The position numbers and the translations under genes were made by a program. The notes below the pieces were generated by a model that saw nothing but the letters and a program-made list of their open reading frames with translations, was not told where the DNA came from and did no database searches. From positions 96,001 to 160,000 of the forward strand of contig CAWCMR010000022.1 of assembly GCA_963796685.1 (NCBI GenBank): a DNA stretch of 64,000 nt, in the 5' to 3' direction. Positions 22,919 to 33,374 of this stretch are shown piece after piece. The number at the start of each line of letters is the position of its first letter. Position 1 is the first letter of the stretch. This DNA is from an uncultured delta proteobacterium (GTDB lineage Bacteria; Myxococcota_A; Polyangia; Fen-1088).

Positions 22919-23443
22919 TCACGGGGCATGTGTCGCCAGCAAGGAAGCGCCGGTCGTCCCGAGAACGACGTGTGCGTGCTCGATCATCTCGGCGCTGCCG
23001 CGCGCGAGCACGAGGAATTTCCCGGCCTTGACGTCGAGCTCATACTTCACGATGCTGTCTTTGGGGATCCCGATGCTTGTCAGCGCCGCAGCGAAGACAC
23101 CTGCCGCGCCACCGATGGCGGCACCCTCCAGTGCACCGACAATCCATCCCACCAGCGGGCCCATCACAACCAGCGGGCCGAGGACGGGAATGAAGAAGAA
23201 GGCGCCACCGAACAGGAGTCCCCAGAGGCTTCCCCAAAACGCCCCACGGACGCCCCAAAACTTCATGCGGTCGCCCGAGGTGTAGAAACCGAGGGCATGT
23301 TCCTCTGTGTGATAGTCCTGGCCGATGATCGACAGTCGCTTCATGTCGAGCCCCGCTTTCTGAAGATCCCTCAAGGCGGCTTCAGCGCCGGTATGCGAGT
23401 CATAGATAGCGACGATTGAGTGTTCCTGTGTGCTTGGAGTCAT
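22919..23443 (-). CDS. General stress membrane protein (YflT/DUF1269-like)
   Basis: VAIYDSH, LSIIGQDY, GAFWGSLWGLLFG, IPVLGPLVVMGPL, GIPKDSIVKYE; AGGAGG RBS. Confidence 0.82.
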   Translation of the reverse strand: MTPSTQEHSIVAIYDSHTGAEAALRDLQKAGLDMKRLSIIGQDYHTEEHALGFYTSGDRMKFWGVRGAFWGSLWGLLFGGAFFFIPVLGPLVVMGPLVGWIVGALEGAAIGGAAGVFAAALTSIGIPKDSIVKYELDVKAGKFLVLARGSAEMIEHAHVVLGTTGASLLATHAP

Positions 23444-23470
23444 GGTGTTTGTTTTCCTCCTTCGAATGAC

Positions 23471-25981
23471 CTACCTCTGCCAAAGCATCCATCCCGCCCC
23501 CGGATCTTGTGCGAGGGAGTCGTGCTTCGCCATGATGCGCGCCGTATAGTCCGCTGCCGGACGTGCGGAAGAGACTGTGGCACGGTAGTCGTACGCGTCC
23601 GAAGCGTTCCCTTCTCGCCGTGTGCCTGTCATTGCTTGTTTCACGGCGCCGCCGGCCTGGTCGCCGTCGGCATAGAGCTCGACGCAAACCGAGTCCGGAC
23701 TGACATCGTTCAGGAACACCTCGACCGCGATGTGGTGCTCCCCCCCTTGGGTCAGGACAGTGACGGCACCAAAACGGATGGCGGCCAGTTTCTGCGCCAG
23801 CGTGTTTTGGCCGTCGAGGAGCTTCCGAGTGGCGGCACCTTTGTCCGCCACCTGGCTGCGATAGGCGGTTGCTGCAGGAAGATAGTGTTGCTCTGTGTAT
23901 TCGCGCACCGCGCGGCTGGCGGAAAACCTGGGCGTCAGGCGCGCCATGCTTTCCCGCATGCGTGCGATCCACGCCGTGGGAATTCCTTTGTCGGTGCGTG
24001 CGAAGAATTCCGGAATCACCTCCTGTTCGAGCATCTCGTAAAGCGCCTCGGCCTCGGATGCGTCCCAGGCCGGATTGTCGCCATGCTCGTTGCCGTCTCC
24101 CAAAGCCCAGCCGAGCACCGGCTTATAGGCCTCGGCCCACCAGCCGTCGAGCTCGGAGATGTTGACACCGCCATTGACCAACACCTTCATACCGCTCGTG
24201 CCGCTGGCTTCCCACGGTCGCCGAGGTGTGTTGATCCACACGTCGACCCCTTGCGCCATGCGTTCGGCCAATAACATGTCGTAGTCGGCCAAGAAGAACA
24301 CCGGCACGCTTCCATCGCCACGACCGATGAATTGCGTCCATTCCTGAATCAGGGCCTGGCCGGCTTGGTCAGCCGGATGTGCCTTGCCCGCGAGAATGAG
24401 CTGGATGGGACGTTCCGGGTGATTGAGGATGCCGAGCAGGCGGTTGATGTCGTGGAGAAGAAGATTGGGCCTCTTGTAGGTCGCGAATCGTCGCGCAAAA
24501 CCCAGGGTCATGACCTCGGGATCCAGCCGCGCTTGGCTTCGGGCGATGGCCGCGGGCAGGGCTCCGACGGCGGCCATCTGGCGACCGATGCCTTCGCGGG
24601 CATATTCCACGAGCAGCCTGCGACTCGTGTTGCGCATGGCCCACAACTTCTCGTCCGAAACCAGGCGGAGATCTGCCTCGAGGGTAGTCGACGTACCCAT
24701 CCAGCGACTCTTGCCACAGGCGTCGGTCCAAACTTCGTCGGCCGCCGCCGAATCCCATGTCGGCATGTGCACGCCGTTGGTTACGTGACCGACCGGAACC
24801 TCGCTCTCCGGCCAGCGAGGGAAGAGCGGCGCGAAGATATGCCGGCTCACCTGACCGTGCAACCGGCTGACGGCATTGACGCCCCCACATCCACGCATCG
24901 CAAGGTAGGCCATGTTGAAGGGCTCGCGCGCGTCCGATGGGTCCTTGCGCCCCAAGGCCAAGAGCTCGTGCAGGGAAAGACCCAATTCCTGCAGTGCATA
25001 CTGTCCGAGGTACTGCTCGATCAAGGCCGGAGGGAAGAGGTCGAAGCCCGCACTCACTGCGGTGTGCGTGGTGAAGAGATTTCCGGCCCGCGTAGCCGCC
25101 AGCGCCACCGCGAACGGATTCCCATTCTCCTGCATGAAAGCGCGGGCACGTTCCAGCAAGGCGAAGGCCGCATGCCCTTCATTGAGATGGCAGACCTCCG
25201 GCTTGATCCCGAGCGCATCGAGCAAACGCCAGCCGCCAAGCCCGAGCACGATCTCCTGCTTCAAGCGCAACTCCGCGCCGCCACCGTAGAGCTCGCCGGT
25301 GATTCCACGGTGAATAGGAGCATTGGCCGCATCATTCGAGTCGAGCAGGTACAGTTTTCGCCGACCCACCTGGACCTGCCAGGTGCGCAGCCAAACCGGA
25401 GAGCCGGGTAACTCGATCTTCAGGCGCAGCCGTTCGCCGTTCGGCTGATACACAGGGGTGATCGGGAGCTGTCCTGGATCATTGGACGGATACAGCGCTT
25501 GCTGAGCCCCGTTGCGATCGATAACCTGGCGGAAATAGCCGTGCTGGTAGAGCAAGCCGATGCCGACCACCGGAACACCGAGATCGCTGGCGGCCTTCAG
25601 TTGATCTCCCGCCACGTTACCAAGCCCGCCCGAATAGATCGGGAGCGCTTCGCTCAGCATGAATTCCATGCAGAAGTAGGCGACGCACGAAAGGGGTGTC
25701 TGGGGATATCTCTCTTGAAACCAGGCCGGCTCCGTCGACGACTGGCGTTTGGCCTGCACCAGGCGGTCCAGCGCTTGGCAGAAGTCGGGATCGGCAAGAG
25801 CGCTCGCGAGCTTGTCACGCGCGACGTTTTGAAGAACCGCGTTCGGGTGACGGGTCAGCGCCCATAGCTCGGGGTCAAGCCTTTGCCACAATTCATCCGA
25901 GCTGTGGTTCCACGACCAGCGTAGATCCATGGCCAGCTCGGTCAGAGCGTCCATGCCTTGTGGTAGGGGAGAAGCGGTCAA
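23471..25981 (-). CDS. glgP: Alpha-glucan (glycogen) phosphorylase
   Basis: YSGGLGNVAGD, HLNEGHAAF, FARRFATYKR, EASGTSGMK, DGWWAE. Confidence 0.93.
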   Translation of the reverse strand: MTASPLPQGMDALTELAMDLRWSWNHSSDELWQRLDPELWALTRHPNAVLQNVARDKLASALADPDFCQALDRLVQAKRQSSTEPAWFQERYPQTPLSCVAYFCMEFMLSEALPIYSGGLGNVAGDQLKAASDLGVPVVGIGLLYQHGYFRQVIDRNGAQQALYPSNDPGQLPITPVYQPNGERLRLKIELPGSPVWLRTWQVQVGRRKLYLLDSNDAANAPIHRGITGELYGGGAELRLKQEIVLGLGGWRLLDALGIKPEVCHLNEGHAAFALLERARAFMQENGNPFAVALAATRAGNLFTTHTAVSAGFDLFPPALIEQYLGQYALQELGLSLHELLALGRKDPSDAREPFNMAYLAMRGCGGVNAVSRLHGQVSRHIFAPLFPRWPESEVPVGHVTNGVHMPTWDSAAADEVWTDACGKSRWMGTSTTLEADLRLVSDEKLWAMRNTSRRLLVEYAREGIGRQMAAVGALPAAIARSQARLDPEVMTLGFARRFATYKRPNLLLHDINRLLGILNHPERPIQLILAGKAHPADQAGQALIQEWTQFIGRGDGSVPVFFLADYDMLLAERMAQGVDVWINTPRRPWEASGTSGMKVLVNGGVNISELDGWWAEAYKPVLGWALGDGNEHGDNPAWDASEAEALYEMLEQEVIPEFFARTDKGIPTAWIARMRESMARLTPRFSASRAVREYTEQHYLPAATAYRSQVADKGAATRKLLDGQNTLAQKLAAIRFGAVTVLTQGGEHHIAVEVFLNDVSPDSVCVELYADGDQAGGAVKQAMTGTRREGNASDAYDYRATVSSARPAADYTARIMAKHDSLAQDPGAGWMLWQR

Positions 25982-26745
25982 ACGTGCCCTCCTGCGCGCT
26001 CTTCCAGGGCCGGCTTGGCCAGCTCATGATCCGCAGTCTTCTCGATGTCCGCCTTGGAAAGCGTCACGTAGACTTTCGATTCCTTGTAGCTGATTCGCTT
26101 TACCTTGTCCGTCGGGATCCGGATCTCCTTGCCCGAATACCAGTGGCCCGCTTCGACGACCAGCTCGTGGATCGCCCAGCTTCGGTCGTCGACGAGGAAC
26201 CCGGTCACGTGGCCGATCTGTCCGTCAACCGTCTCCATGGCGTAGCCGGTTACTTCCCGAGCGCTGTGGAGATGCTTATCGCCTTTGTCGCGGTGTCTCT
26301 CGACGGCCTCCACCTCCTGTTTCGAATGCGGCAGGATCACCGGGTATCCGCCCAGTCCCCATATCGCCCCGCCATCCCAGTAAGCTGGCCAGCCGTAGTA
26401 GCTGTAATAGTCGGCCTCGTACTGTCGCGAAACCGGCTTGTGGGACTCGATCGAGGGACTATCCTGGATCTGCATTTTACGCAGATTGATGTGCATTGTC
26501 TTTTCCCCCTGGTCTAGCTTGCCAAAAGCATGAGGAGAGAGCAGGACCAGTCGACCGGTCAGCCAGGATCCCGTGTCCGCAACCGCATAGCGGATCACCC
26601 AGTGCTTGTCCTCGAAGTAGAAGTCCCTGATCTGGCCAATGTCACCATCCAGGGCCACGAGCTTGTCACCGTAAAGCTCGGTGGTGTTTTCGAGATGCGA
26701 GTCAGAAAATGCAACGGTGGGGTACTTTTCCGTGGTCCGAGTCAT
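25978..26745 (-). CDS. Tandem PRC-barrel domain protein
   Basis: DGDIGQIRDFYFEDKHWVIRY; PVSRQYE; second barrel DGQIGHVTGFLVDD; paralog of 37637..38407. Confidence 0.85.
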   Translation of the reverse strand: MTRTTEKYPTVAFSDSHLENTTELYGDKLVALDGDIGQIRDFYFEDKHWVIRYAVADTGSWLTGRLVLLSPHAFGKLDQGEKTMHINLRKMQIQDSPSIESHKPVSRQYEADYYSYYGWPAYWDGGAIWGLGGYPVILPHSKQEVEAVERHRDKGDKHLHSAREVTGYAMETVDGQIGHVTGFLVDDRSWAIHELVVEAGHWYSGKEIRIPTDKVKRISYKESKVYVTLSKADIEKTADHELAKPALEERAGGHV

Positions 26746-26780
26746 GTGCGCTCCTTGCATCTAGGTCTTCACCGACCTAC

Positions 26781-26891
26781 AGCAGGTTTCGGGCCATCAT
26801 CGGTCGGCAATGAATTCAGGAGCTTGCACGGAGGATGTCTCTTTTCGCCGGCCTGTTCCATCAACGTGACGTACCTCTTCCATCAAATCGA
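26781..26891 (-). promoter_or_regulatory. sigma54 cassette 5 (PRC-glgP through C39 run)
   Basis: TGGCCCGAAACCTGCT (26796-26781); IHF-like ATTCAGGAGCTTG 26814-26826; TCAACGTGA 26861-26869 and TCAAATCGA 26883-26891. Confidence 0.88.
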
Positions 26892-26966
26892 AGGACCGTC
26901 GGCACGTCGCGCCGGTCCCCGACATCCTAGAGAGCGACCAGCAAGGGTGCGCAGGTCGCGTTGCAT

Positions 26967-26982
26967 GGGCACAATTGATGCA
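26967..26982 (+). promoter_or_regulatory. Divergent sigma54 -24/-12 candidate
   Basis: GGGCACAATTGATGCA (GG-N10-GC) ahead of the small membrane ORF and UPF0182 gene. Confidence 0.55.
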
Positions 26983-27022
26983 ACGTCTTCCGCTCATGAA
27001 AAGAGACTCGTCGATGGACGTT

Positions 27023-27217
27023 ATGGTCAGAAAGACCAAAACTGGCCGGGGAAGGCGACTGGCGATCGTGGCGGCTGCCGTGCTTGTTGTCGCTGGTCTC
27101 ATCGGGGTAGTGGTCGCCGGATTCCGAGGTAGGCGGACAAAACAGGATGCCGCAGCAATGACGACACCTGCAGCGGCACCGGCTAAGACCGGGTGGCGGC
27201 CATGGTGGTTGCAATGA
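27023..27217 (+). CDS. Small single-TM protein (start uncertain)
   Basis: MVRKTKTGRGRRLAIVAAAVLVVAGLIGVVVAGFRGRR. Confidence 0.5.
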   Translation: MVRKTKTGRGRRLAIVAAAVLVVAGLIGVVVAGFRGRRTKQDAAAMTTPAAAPAKTGWRPWWLQ

Positions 27218-29776
27218 CCTGCGCCCGTAAGGAATGGGAATCGCGGCACCTCGCGCGCGGCCCAGGACATGCATCGGCCGATTGCTCGTCATTTTCAGCA
27301 CCTGGCGACATCCAAATCAACTCTCCCAATCCCTTCCATGACAAGCGAGACCTCAGCCCTTTCGATGTCAGAGCATTCCCCTCTTGGCGCGTCTAGACGT
27401 TGGGATTCACCCCTTGGAACTTACGCTTTGATTGAAAGTTGGTAGAACCATGATCGACAGACCAGCAGACAGCGCTCGACCCTTGGTGCCCGCGAGCGAG
27501 AAGAACGGAGTTGCCGGAGTCTCTGGAATACTCAGGCGATGGCATCCGCTAAGGCCGCTCATCATCGCAGCGGTCGTACTCATCGCTCTTTTGACGACAA
27601 CCCTCGGCTATATTCAGAACGGCCTATGGATGCAGCAACTCGGCTACACTGGCATATTCTGGAAGCTTCTCTTCTTGCGCTGGGGGTTGTCCTCCGCAGC
27701 CTTTGTCGTCGTCTTTCTATATCTATGGATCAATGTTCGTCTCGCGGCCCAAAACAGCGGGATATACCGTGTGGGTCTGTCAAACGACTCCACCGCCCTC
27801 GCGAAGCTCGACATCAAGATCTCTGCCACGGCCTTCAGGGTTGCGACCTACGTGATCGCCGCCGCCGCCGCGCTGGTCTTCGCCCATATCTTCTACGGGC
27901 AATGGGATACGTACCTTCGACTTCGCTACGGGGGGGCGTTCGGGCTATCCGACCCGCTCTTCGGGGTCGAGCTTGGATACTATATCTTCCGCCTTCCCCT
28001 CTATGAGCTACTGCAGGGAAGTCTCTCCGTATTGGCGTTGATCACGGTCCTGCTTGTCGCCTTACTCTACGGATATTCCGGGTCGCTGCGCGCCGGTCAA
28101 GCCGGACAAATGGCGAGTAGTCGTACCAAGGCCGTTTCACACCTGTCCCTGCTGTCGTTCGTGCTGGTTGCCGCCTGGGGCTGGGGTTTCTACTTGGACC
28201 ACTATGAGCTTCTCTACTCCAGCCTGGGAGTCGTCTACGGGGCCGGCTATACGGCCGACCGAGTGACCAGGCTCGCTTACTGGATCATGACCGGCGCCGC
28301 CGCCGCGCTCTGTGCGCTGCTGGTGCTCACGGTCTTTCGACCCCGATTCAAAGTGATGGCCATTGGCGCTGCTGTCTACGTAGGCTTGTACTGCGTCGCA
28401 GTGTGGATCATGCCGATGCTTTTCCAGAGATTCAAGGTGCAACCCAACGAGCTGGCTCTCGAAACTCCATATCTCAAGAACAACATAGATTTCACGCGTA
28501 AGGCGTTCGGTCTGGACGCGATTCAGGAAACAGCCTACCCGGCCTTGGCCGACCTGACACCAGAGGTGATCGCGAGAAATCAAGATACGATCCAAAACAT
28601 TCGGCTGTGGGACTACCGGCCCTTGCTTCAAATGTACCAACAGGCACAAGAGATACGGCTCTACTATCAGTTTTACGAGGTCGATGTGGACCGCTACCAT
28701 CTACAAGACGGTTATCATCAAGTGATGTTGTCCTCGCGCGAGCTCTCTCCCGAGCTTCCCGCGGAGGCCCAAACCTGGGTCAATAAGAAGTTGCAGTTCA
28801 CCCACGGTTACGGTTTGGCGATGAGCTTCGTATCGCAGACGACCGGAGGCGGTTTTCCACGGTACGTCATGGAGAACATACCACCCGAGTCTTCCTTCGG
28901 CCTGAACGCCAAGCAGCCATCGATTTACTACGGCGAGTCGATGCCGGGATATCGGATCGTCGCGACAAGCGTGAAAGAATTCGACTATCCCCAAGGGAAT
29001 AAGAATGTCTACACAAGCTATGACGGAAAGGGGGGCATTCGCCTAGACAGTTTGTGGAAGCGACTTCTATTCGCGTGGACCCAGTCGGACGTCAATATCC
29101 TGTTTACATCCTACCTCAAACCCGAGAGCAAGATTCAGATCTGGAGGCGTGTTCAGGAGCGAGTGCAGCAGATCGCGCCATTCTTGCGCCTCGACCGGGA
29201 TCCCTATGCCGTCGTGAGCGACGGGAAACAGTATTGGATACAGGACGCCTACACCGTCTCGGACCACTTCCCCTACTCGACGCCTCACGGATCGGCGTTC
29301 GAGGAAGTGATCAACTACATTCGAAACTCCGTCAAGGTGGTGGTGGACATGTACGACGGAACGGTCGCGTTCTACGTCATGGACCCCAAAGACCCCGTTC
29401 TAGGGGCCTATCGGCGTGCGTTTCCGGGCGTCTTCAAAGACCTGAATCAGCTTTCGGCAGATCTGAGGACACACTTGCGGTACGCGGAGGGTCTCTTCTC
29501 GATCCAGGCCGACCAGTACCGCACATTCCACATGACGGTTCCGCAGGTCTATTACAACCGCGAGGACCTCTGGGTGTTTCCCAACGAGGCATATGCGGGT
29601 GTGGTCGCGCCCATGCATCCCTACTACATTCTCATGAAGCTCCCGGGAAGTGACCGGCTCGAGTACCTTCTGATGACTCCGTTTACGCCTCAAAAGAGAA
29701 ACAACATGGTGTCCTGGCTGGCTGCCAGGTGCGATTTCCCCGAATACGGAAAGATGCTTTTCTACGAGCTTCCTAA

Positions 29777-31240
29777 CACTACTGATTGAAACACGAGATT
29801 CTCCGTCGGTGTTCAGTGGCATGTGCACCAGACGGTGTGGTCCATCGTCTTCGGTGACAAAGGGGACAGCGGGGCAACCACCTGGTCAGGACACGCGCGA
29901 CGGCCAAGCGCACGGTGATGAAGGAATCCGGGAAGTGCCGCTCCGGGCGAGTTGACGTTCGCACCGTCGTGACGATGCGGCGCTCTCCGCGTGGCGGCTT
30001 TTCCGGTCGAGGGGGGAAAAGCCCTGGAGCGCTCGGCAACGATAAACGCGAAGCAAACCAGCACGATGGAGACATGGTGGTTCCAGCCACGGAAGGAGCG
30101 CCCCTCGTAGTGGTCGAGTCCCAGCTCTCCCTTGGCGTCCTCATACACGCGCTCGGTGCGCCACCGCTGCTTGATCCGCCGGACGAGCTGCCGTCGGGTC
30201 ATGGTCGCCGGCAACGTGGCCGCGGTGAAGTCGGTCGGCCCCTCTTCACCGTCGGGCCATTCCATGACCAGCCAGACCGCCTCGCGCTTTGACGGGTCGA
30301 CCAAGTCGTCCTGTGCGAGCACGACACGCTCGACGGCGAAGCGCGACGACATCTTGCCCTTGGTTCCCTCCCGCCAGGTCACCCGCCGGAAGCCTTGCCG
30401 CCCGATGGCGATGGCGAGGTCGCCGACCGCCACGGGGCTACCGATACGCCGCCCGCGCGAGTCCAGGCGCCACACCGTCGTCGTACAGTGCAGGCCCACG
30501 GCGTAGTCCAGGCCCTCGCAACGCACGCGACGACGAAACTCGGCGTTGTCCCCATACGCGCTGTCGGCCAGCACCAGCCCCGTCGGTAACCCGTCCGCGA
30601 CCGCACGGTCAATCATTTCCACTCCCAGCTCGGGCTTGGTCTTGAACGTCACCTCGTCGGGGATGTGGGCCTCGGCCCGCCGCGAGGGATTCTCGGTCCA
30701 GCTCTCGGGCAGGTATAGCGCGAAGTCCACCGGCAGGTGCTCCGTTCGCGTGGCGATGGTCAAGCTGGCTGCCACCTGGCAATTCGCAATCTTGCCGAGG
30801 GTGCCGGAGTACTGTCGCTGCACGCCTACCGAGTGCGTGCCCTGCTTGGGGAAGCCGGTGTCGTCGATGATCCAGTCCGTGACCGGCCCCCGGGCCGTCA
30901 TCGCCGCCAGCGCGTAGCGCGCGGCCTCCCGGCGTACATCACGGTCGGACCACTCCGCGTCTCGGGTGAAGTAGGTCAGCCGCTGGTGTGCGGCATCCAC
31001 CAGCTCCGGGTCCGGGCAAGCCCGCGCCGCCATCGGTTCCGCACTCTTCCGCTCTCCGTCGCCCATCAAGCCCAAGGCATAGGTGGCAAACGACGCCCGC
31101 GACGGCGCCGTCCGCAAAACACCGCCGATTCGGTCGAAATAGGCGGCCAACCGACGCTCTCCCTTGCGATCAAGCTGGTATTCCATCCCCGATCTTTCGT
31201 CGATTTCTCGACGGACTGGCAAATTTCTCAATCAGTAGTG
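29777..31240 (-). mobile_element. IS701-family insertion sequence, 1464 bp
   Basis: 13-bp perfect terminal inverted repeats CACTACTGATTGA (29777-29789 and 31228-31240); 4-bp target duplication CTAA (29773-29776 and 31241-31244). Confidence 0.93.
29813..31186 (-). CDS. IS701-family DDE transposase
   Basis: WIIDDTGFPKQGTHSVGVQRQYSGTLGKIANCQ, LYLPESW, LADSAYG, ELGLDHYEGRS. Confidence 0.93.
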   Translation of the reverse strand: MEYQLDRKGERRLAAYFDRIGGVLRTAPSRASFATYALGLMGDGERKSAEPMAARACPDPELVDAAHQRLTYFTRDAEWSDRDVRREAARYALAAMTARGPVTDWIIDDTGFPKQGTHSVGVQRQYSGTLGKIANCQVAASLTIATRTEHLPVDFALYLPESWTENPSRRAEAHIPDEVTFKTKPELGVEMIDRAVADGLPTGLVLADSAYGDNAEFRRRVRCEGLDYAVGLHCTTTVWRLDSRGRRIGSPVAVGDLAIAIGRQGFRRVTWREGTKGKMSSRFAVERVVLAQDDLVDPSKREAVWLVMEWPDGEEGPTDFTAATLPATMTRRQLVRRIKQRWRTERVYEDAKGELGLDHYEGRSFRGWNHHVSIVLVCFAFIVAERSRAFPPSTGKAATRRAPHRHDGANVNSPGAALPGFLHHRALGRRACPDQVVAPLSPLSPKTMDHTVWCTCH

Positions 31241-31800
31241 CTAAGGACAAGCTGGTCTACGGCCCGATGCAAATCGAGGCAATGATCGACCAGAACACGA
31301 CGATCGCGCAACAATTGACCTTGTGGGACCAGAAGGGGTCGAGAGTGATTCGAGGGAATCTCATCGCGGTGCCGATTGAGAACTCCTTTCTGTATGTGGT
31401 ACCAGTCTACCTTACGGCGGAGGGTACCGATTTCCCTCAGCTCAAACGGGTCATCGTGATTTCCGGCAACAAGGTGGCGATGGAGCCGACGCTTGATGAG
31501 GCAATTCAAGCCGTCTTCGGGACCGGGCAACCTCCACGGACCGGGCAGTTGCCGCAAGAACATCCGGAATTGGCTCAGGCGAGAACGCAATTCGAAGAAG
31601 CACAAAGATCGATGAAACAGGGAGACTGGCGAGATTTCGGCAAGGCGATGGATGCGCTGAAGAGCATGTTTGCCGTGTCTGCGAAATCGGCAGTCCACAA
31701 TTGAGTCTGGTGGACCGACGCATCGACGCCCCTTGAGAAGGCCGGGGCGTGACAGCAGACGACGACGCCTTGTGCGGTCGAAAGATCCGACCACTTCCTT

Positions 31801-31911
31801 TCAAATTGATGGCTTGAGTGCTCCATTTTGATTGGTTCGACCACATGTCTGGATATGTGCGGGTGCAAGTATTTGAACTTACAGCACCTCGCGCGCGGCC
31901 CAGGTTCTGCA
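31801..31911 (+). promoter_or_regulatory. sigma54 cassette 6 (mirror orientation; leads the gnd through DUF2254 run)
   Basis: TCAAATTGA 31801-31809 and CCATTTTGA 31823-31831; IHF-like GTTCAAATACTTG on - strand 31866-31878; CGGCCCAGGTTCTGCA 31896-31911. Confidence 0.82.
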
Positions 31912-31998
31912 TCAGCCGAGGGTAGACCCTGTCCGCACATCGCAAACGTCGCGGGGCACGGACTTCACTCAACGAACAGGAAAAGAGGCGAGACAGCA

Positions 31999-32256
31999 AT
32001 GATGAGCTCATGGTGGGTTCTGTGGATGGTATTCATGTTTCTGTTTCTCTTGTCCCCGGTTACCTATGGTTGGGGCTACCGCGGATGGGGACCGCCATAT
32101 CCCCGGTATGTCCAGCGACGCCGCGGACTGCGGGCAACTACGATGGGGCAGCCAGCAGACCTTCGCCACCAGTCTTGGGGATGGGGAGGCGACTTCGTAT
32201 GGATAGTGCTTCTGATAGCCGGGGGCTGGGCCTTCGCGGGCCTTTTGCTGCGATGA
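31999..32256 (+). CDS. Small Trp/Gly-rich two-TM membrane protein
   Basis: MMSSWWVLWMVFMFLFL...YGWGYRGWGPPYPRY...WGWGGDFVW. Confidence 0.7.
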   Translation: MMSSWWVLWMVFMFLFLLSPVTYGWGYRGWGPPYPRYVQRRRGLRATTMGQPADLRHQSWGWGGDFVWIVLLIAGGWAFAGLLLR

Positions 32257-32266
32257 GGAGCCGTCA

Positions 32267-33271
32267 GTGAAATTGGGCATGGTCGGCCTCGGACGGATGG
32301 GGGCCAACATGGTTCGGCGGCTCCTTGGGGCCGGCCATCAATGTGTGGTGTTCGACGTCCATGCGCAGGCAGCCGTCGATTTGGCGAAATTGGGCGCGGT
32401 CGCGACACGCTCGCTCTCCGAGCTCATCGCCAAGCTGGAGACGCCGCGTGCGATCTGGATCATGGTACCTGCCGCCGTCGTTGATGCCACCCTCCGTGAC
32501 ATCGCGCCGCTACTCGCGGCCGAAGATGTTGTCATCGACGGGGGAAATTCCTACTACCACGATGACATCCGCCGTGCGAAGACGCTTGGAGAGCGCGGAA
32601 TCCACTATGTCGATGTCGGCACCTCCGGAGGCGTCTGGGGCTTCGAGCGCGGTTACTGTCAGATGATCGGGGGTGAGGACGCCATCGTCAAGAGACTCGA
32701 CGACATCTTCTCCGCACTGGCGCCCGGTTTCGACGACGCGAGCAAGTCACCTCGGGATAACAAGGGAACTGTGGAGCGCGGCTACATCCATTGCGGCCCC
32801 GCGGGGTCAGGGCACTTCGTCAAGATGGTGCACAATGGAATCGAGTACGGGATGATGGCGGCCTACGCCGAGGGACTCAACATTCTTCGCCACGCGAATG
32901 TCGGGGCGAGTGAACGGACGTCGGATGCTGAAACCGCACCATTGCGACACCCTGAGCTTTATCAATATGATTTGAACCTTCCGGACATCGTCGAAACGTG
33001 GCGGCATGGCAGCGTCATTGGCTCTTGGCTCCTCGACCTCACCGCTGCAGCATTGAAGAAGAGTCCCGACCTCAAAGACTTCACGGGCCGCGTTTCGGAC
33101 TCTGGCGAAGGGCGATGGACTCTCAAGGCGGCCATCGACGAGGGCGTGCCTGCGCCCGTTCTGAGCACGGCGCTGACGCAGCGATTTGCGTCGCGAGGCG
33201 ACGAGGACTTCTCCAACAAGCTGCTCTCCGCGCTCCGATATCAGTTCGGCGGACATAAGGAGAAGCCCTGA
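32267..33271 (+). CDS. gnd: 6-phosphogluconate dehydrogenase, decarboxylating (short type)
   Basis: GLGRMG, DGGNS, VGTSGG, GHFVKMVHNGIEYG, DSGEGRW. Confidence 0.93.
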   Translation: MKLGMVGLGRMGANMVRRLLGAGHQCVVFDVHAQAAVDLAKLGAVATRSLSELIAKLETPRAIWIMVPAAVVDATLRDIAPLLAAEDVVIDGGNSYYHDDIRRAKTLGERGIHYVDVGTSGGVWGFERGYCQMIGGEDAIVKRLDDIFSALAPGFDDASKSPRDNKGTVERGYIHCGPAGSGHFVKMVHNGIEYGMMAAYAEGLNILRHANVGASERTSDAETAPLRHPELYQYDLNLPDIVETWRHGSVIGSWLLDLTAAALKKSPDLKDFTGRVSDSGEGRWTLKAAIDEGVPAPVLSTALTQRFASRGDEDFSNKLLSALRYQFGGHKEKP

Positions 33272-33374
33272 TGCTACCTGTCCCTTCCGCGGGAAAGCCG
33301 GCCGAGGCGGCAATACTGGTGAACGTACCGAGGCTCGTCACGGCCTACTGTCAGCGACGCTTTGGGGGGCGGCC

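Larger units (their letters stand above)
27450..31704 (+). pseudogene. UPF0182 family membrane protein interrupted by IS701
   Basis: DPLFGVELGYY, NIRLWDYRP, NYIRNSVKVVVD; removing the IS restores ...FYELPKDKLVYGPMQIEA... Confidence 0.9.

Noticed and set aside
31726-31750. Hairpin ACGCCCC...GGGGCGT after UPF0182 (similar weak stem at 15847-15879)
   Set aside because: No U-tract and a large loop; cannot be supported as an intrinsic terminator.
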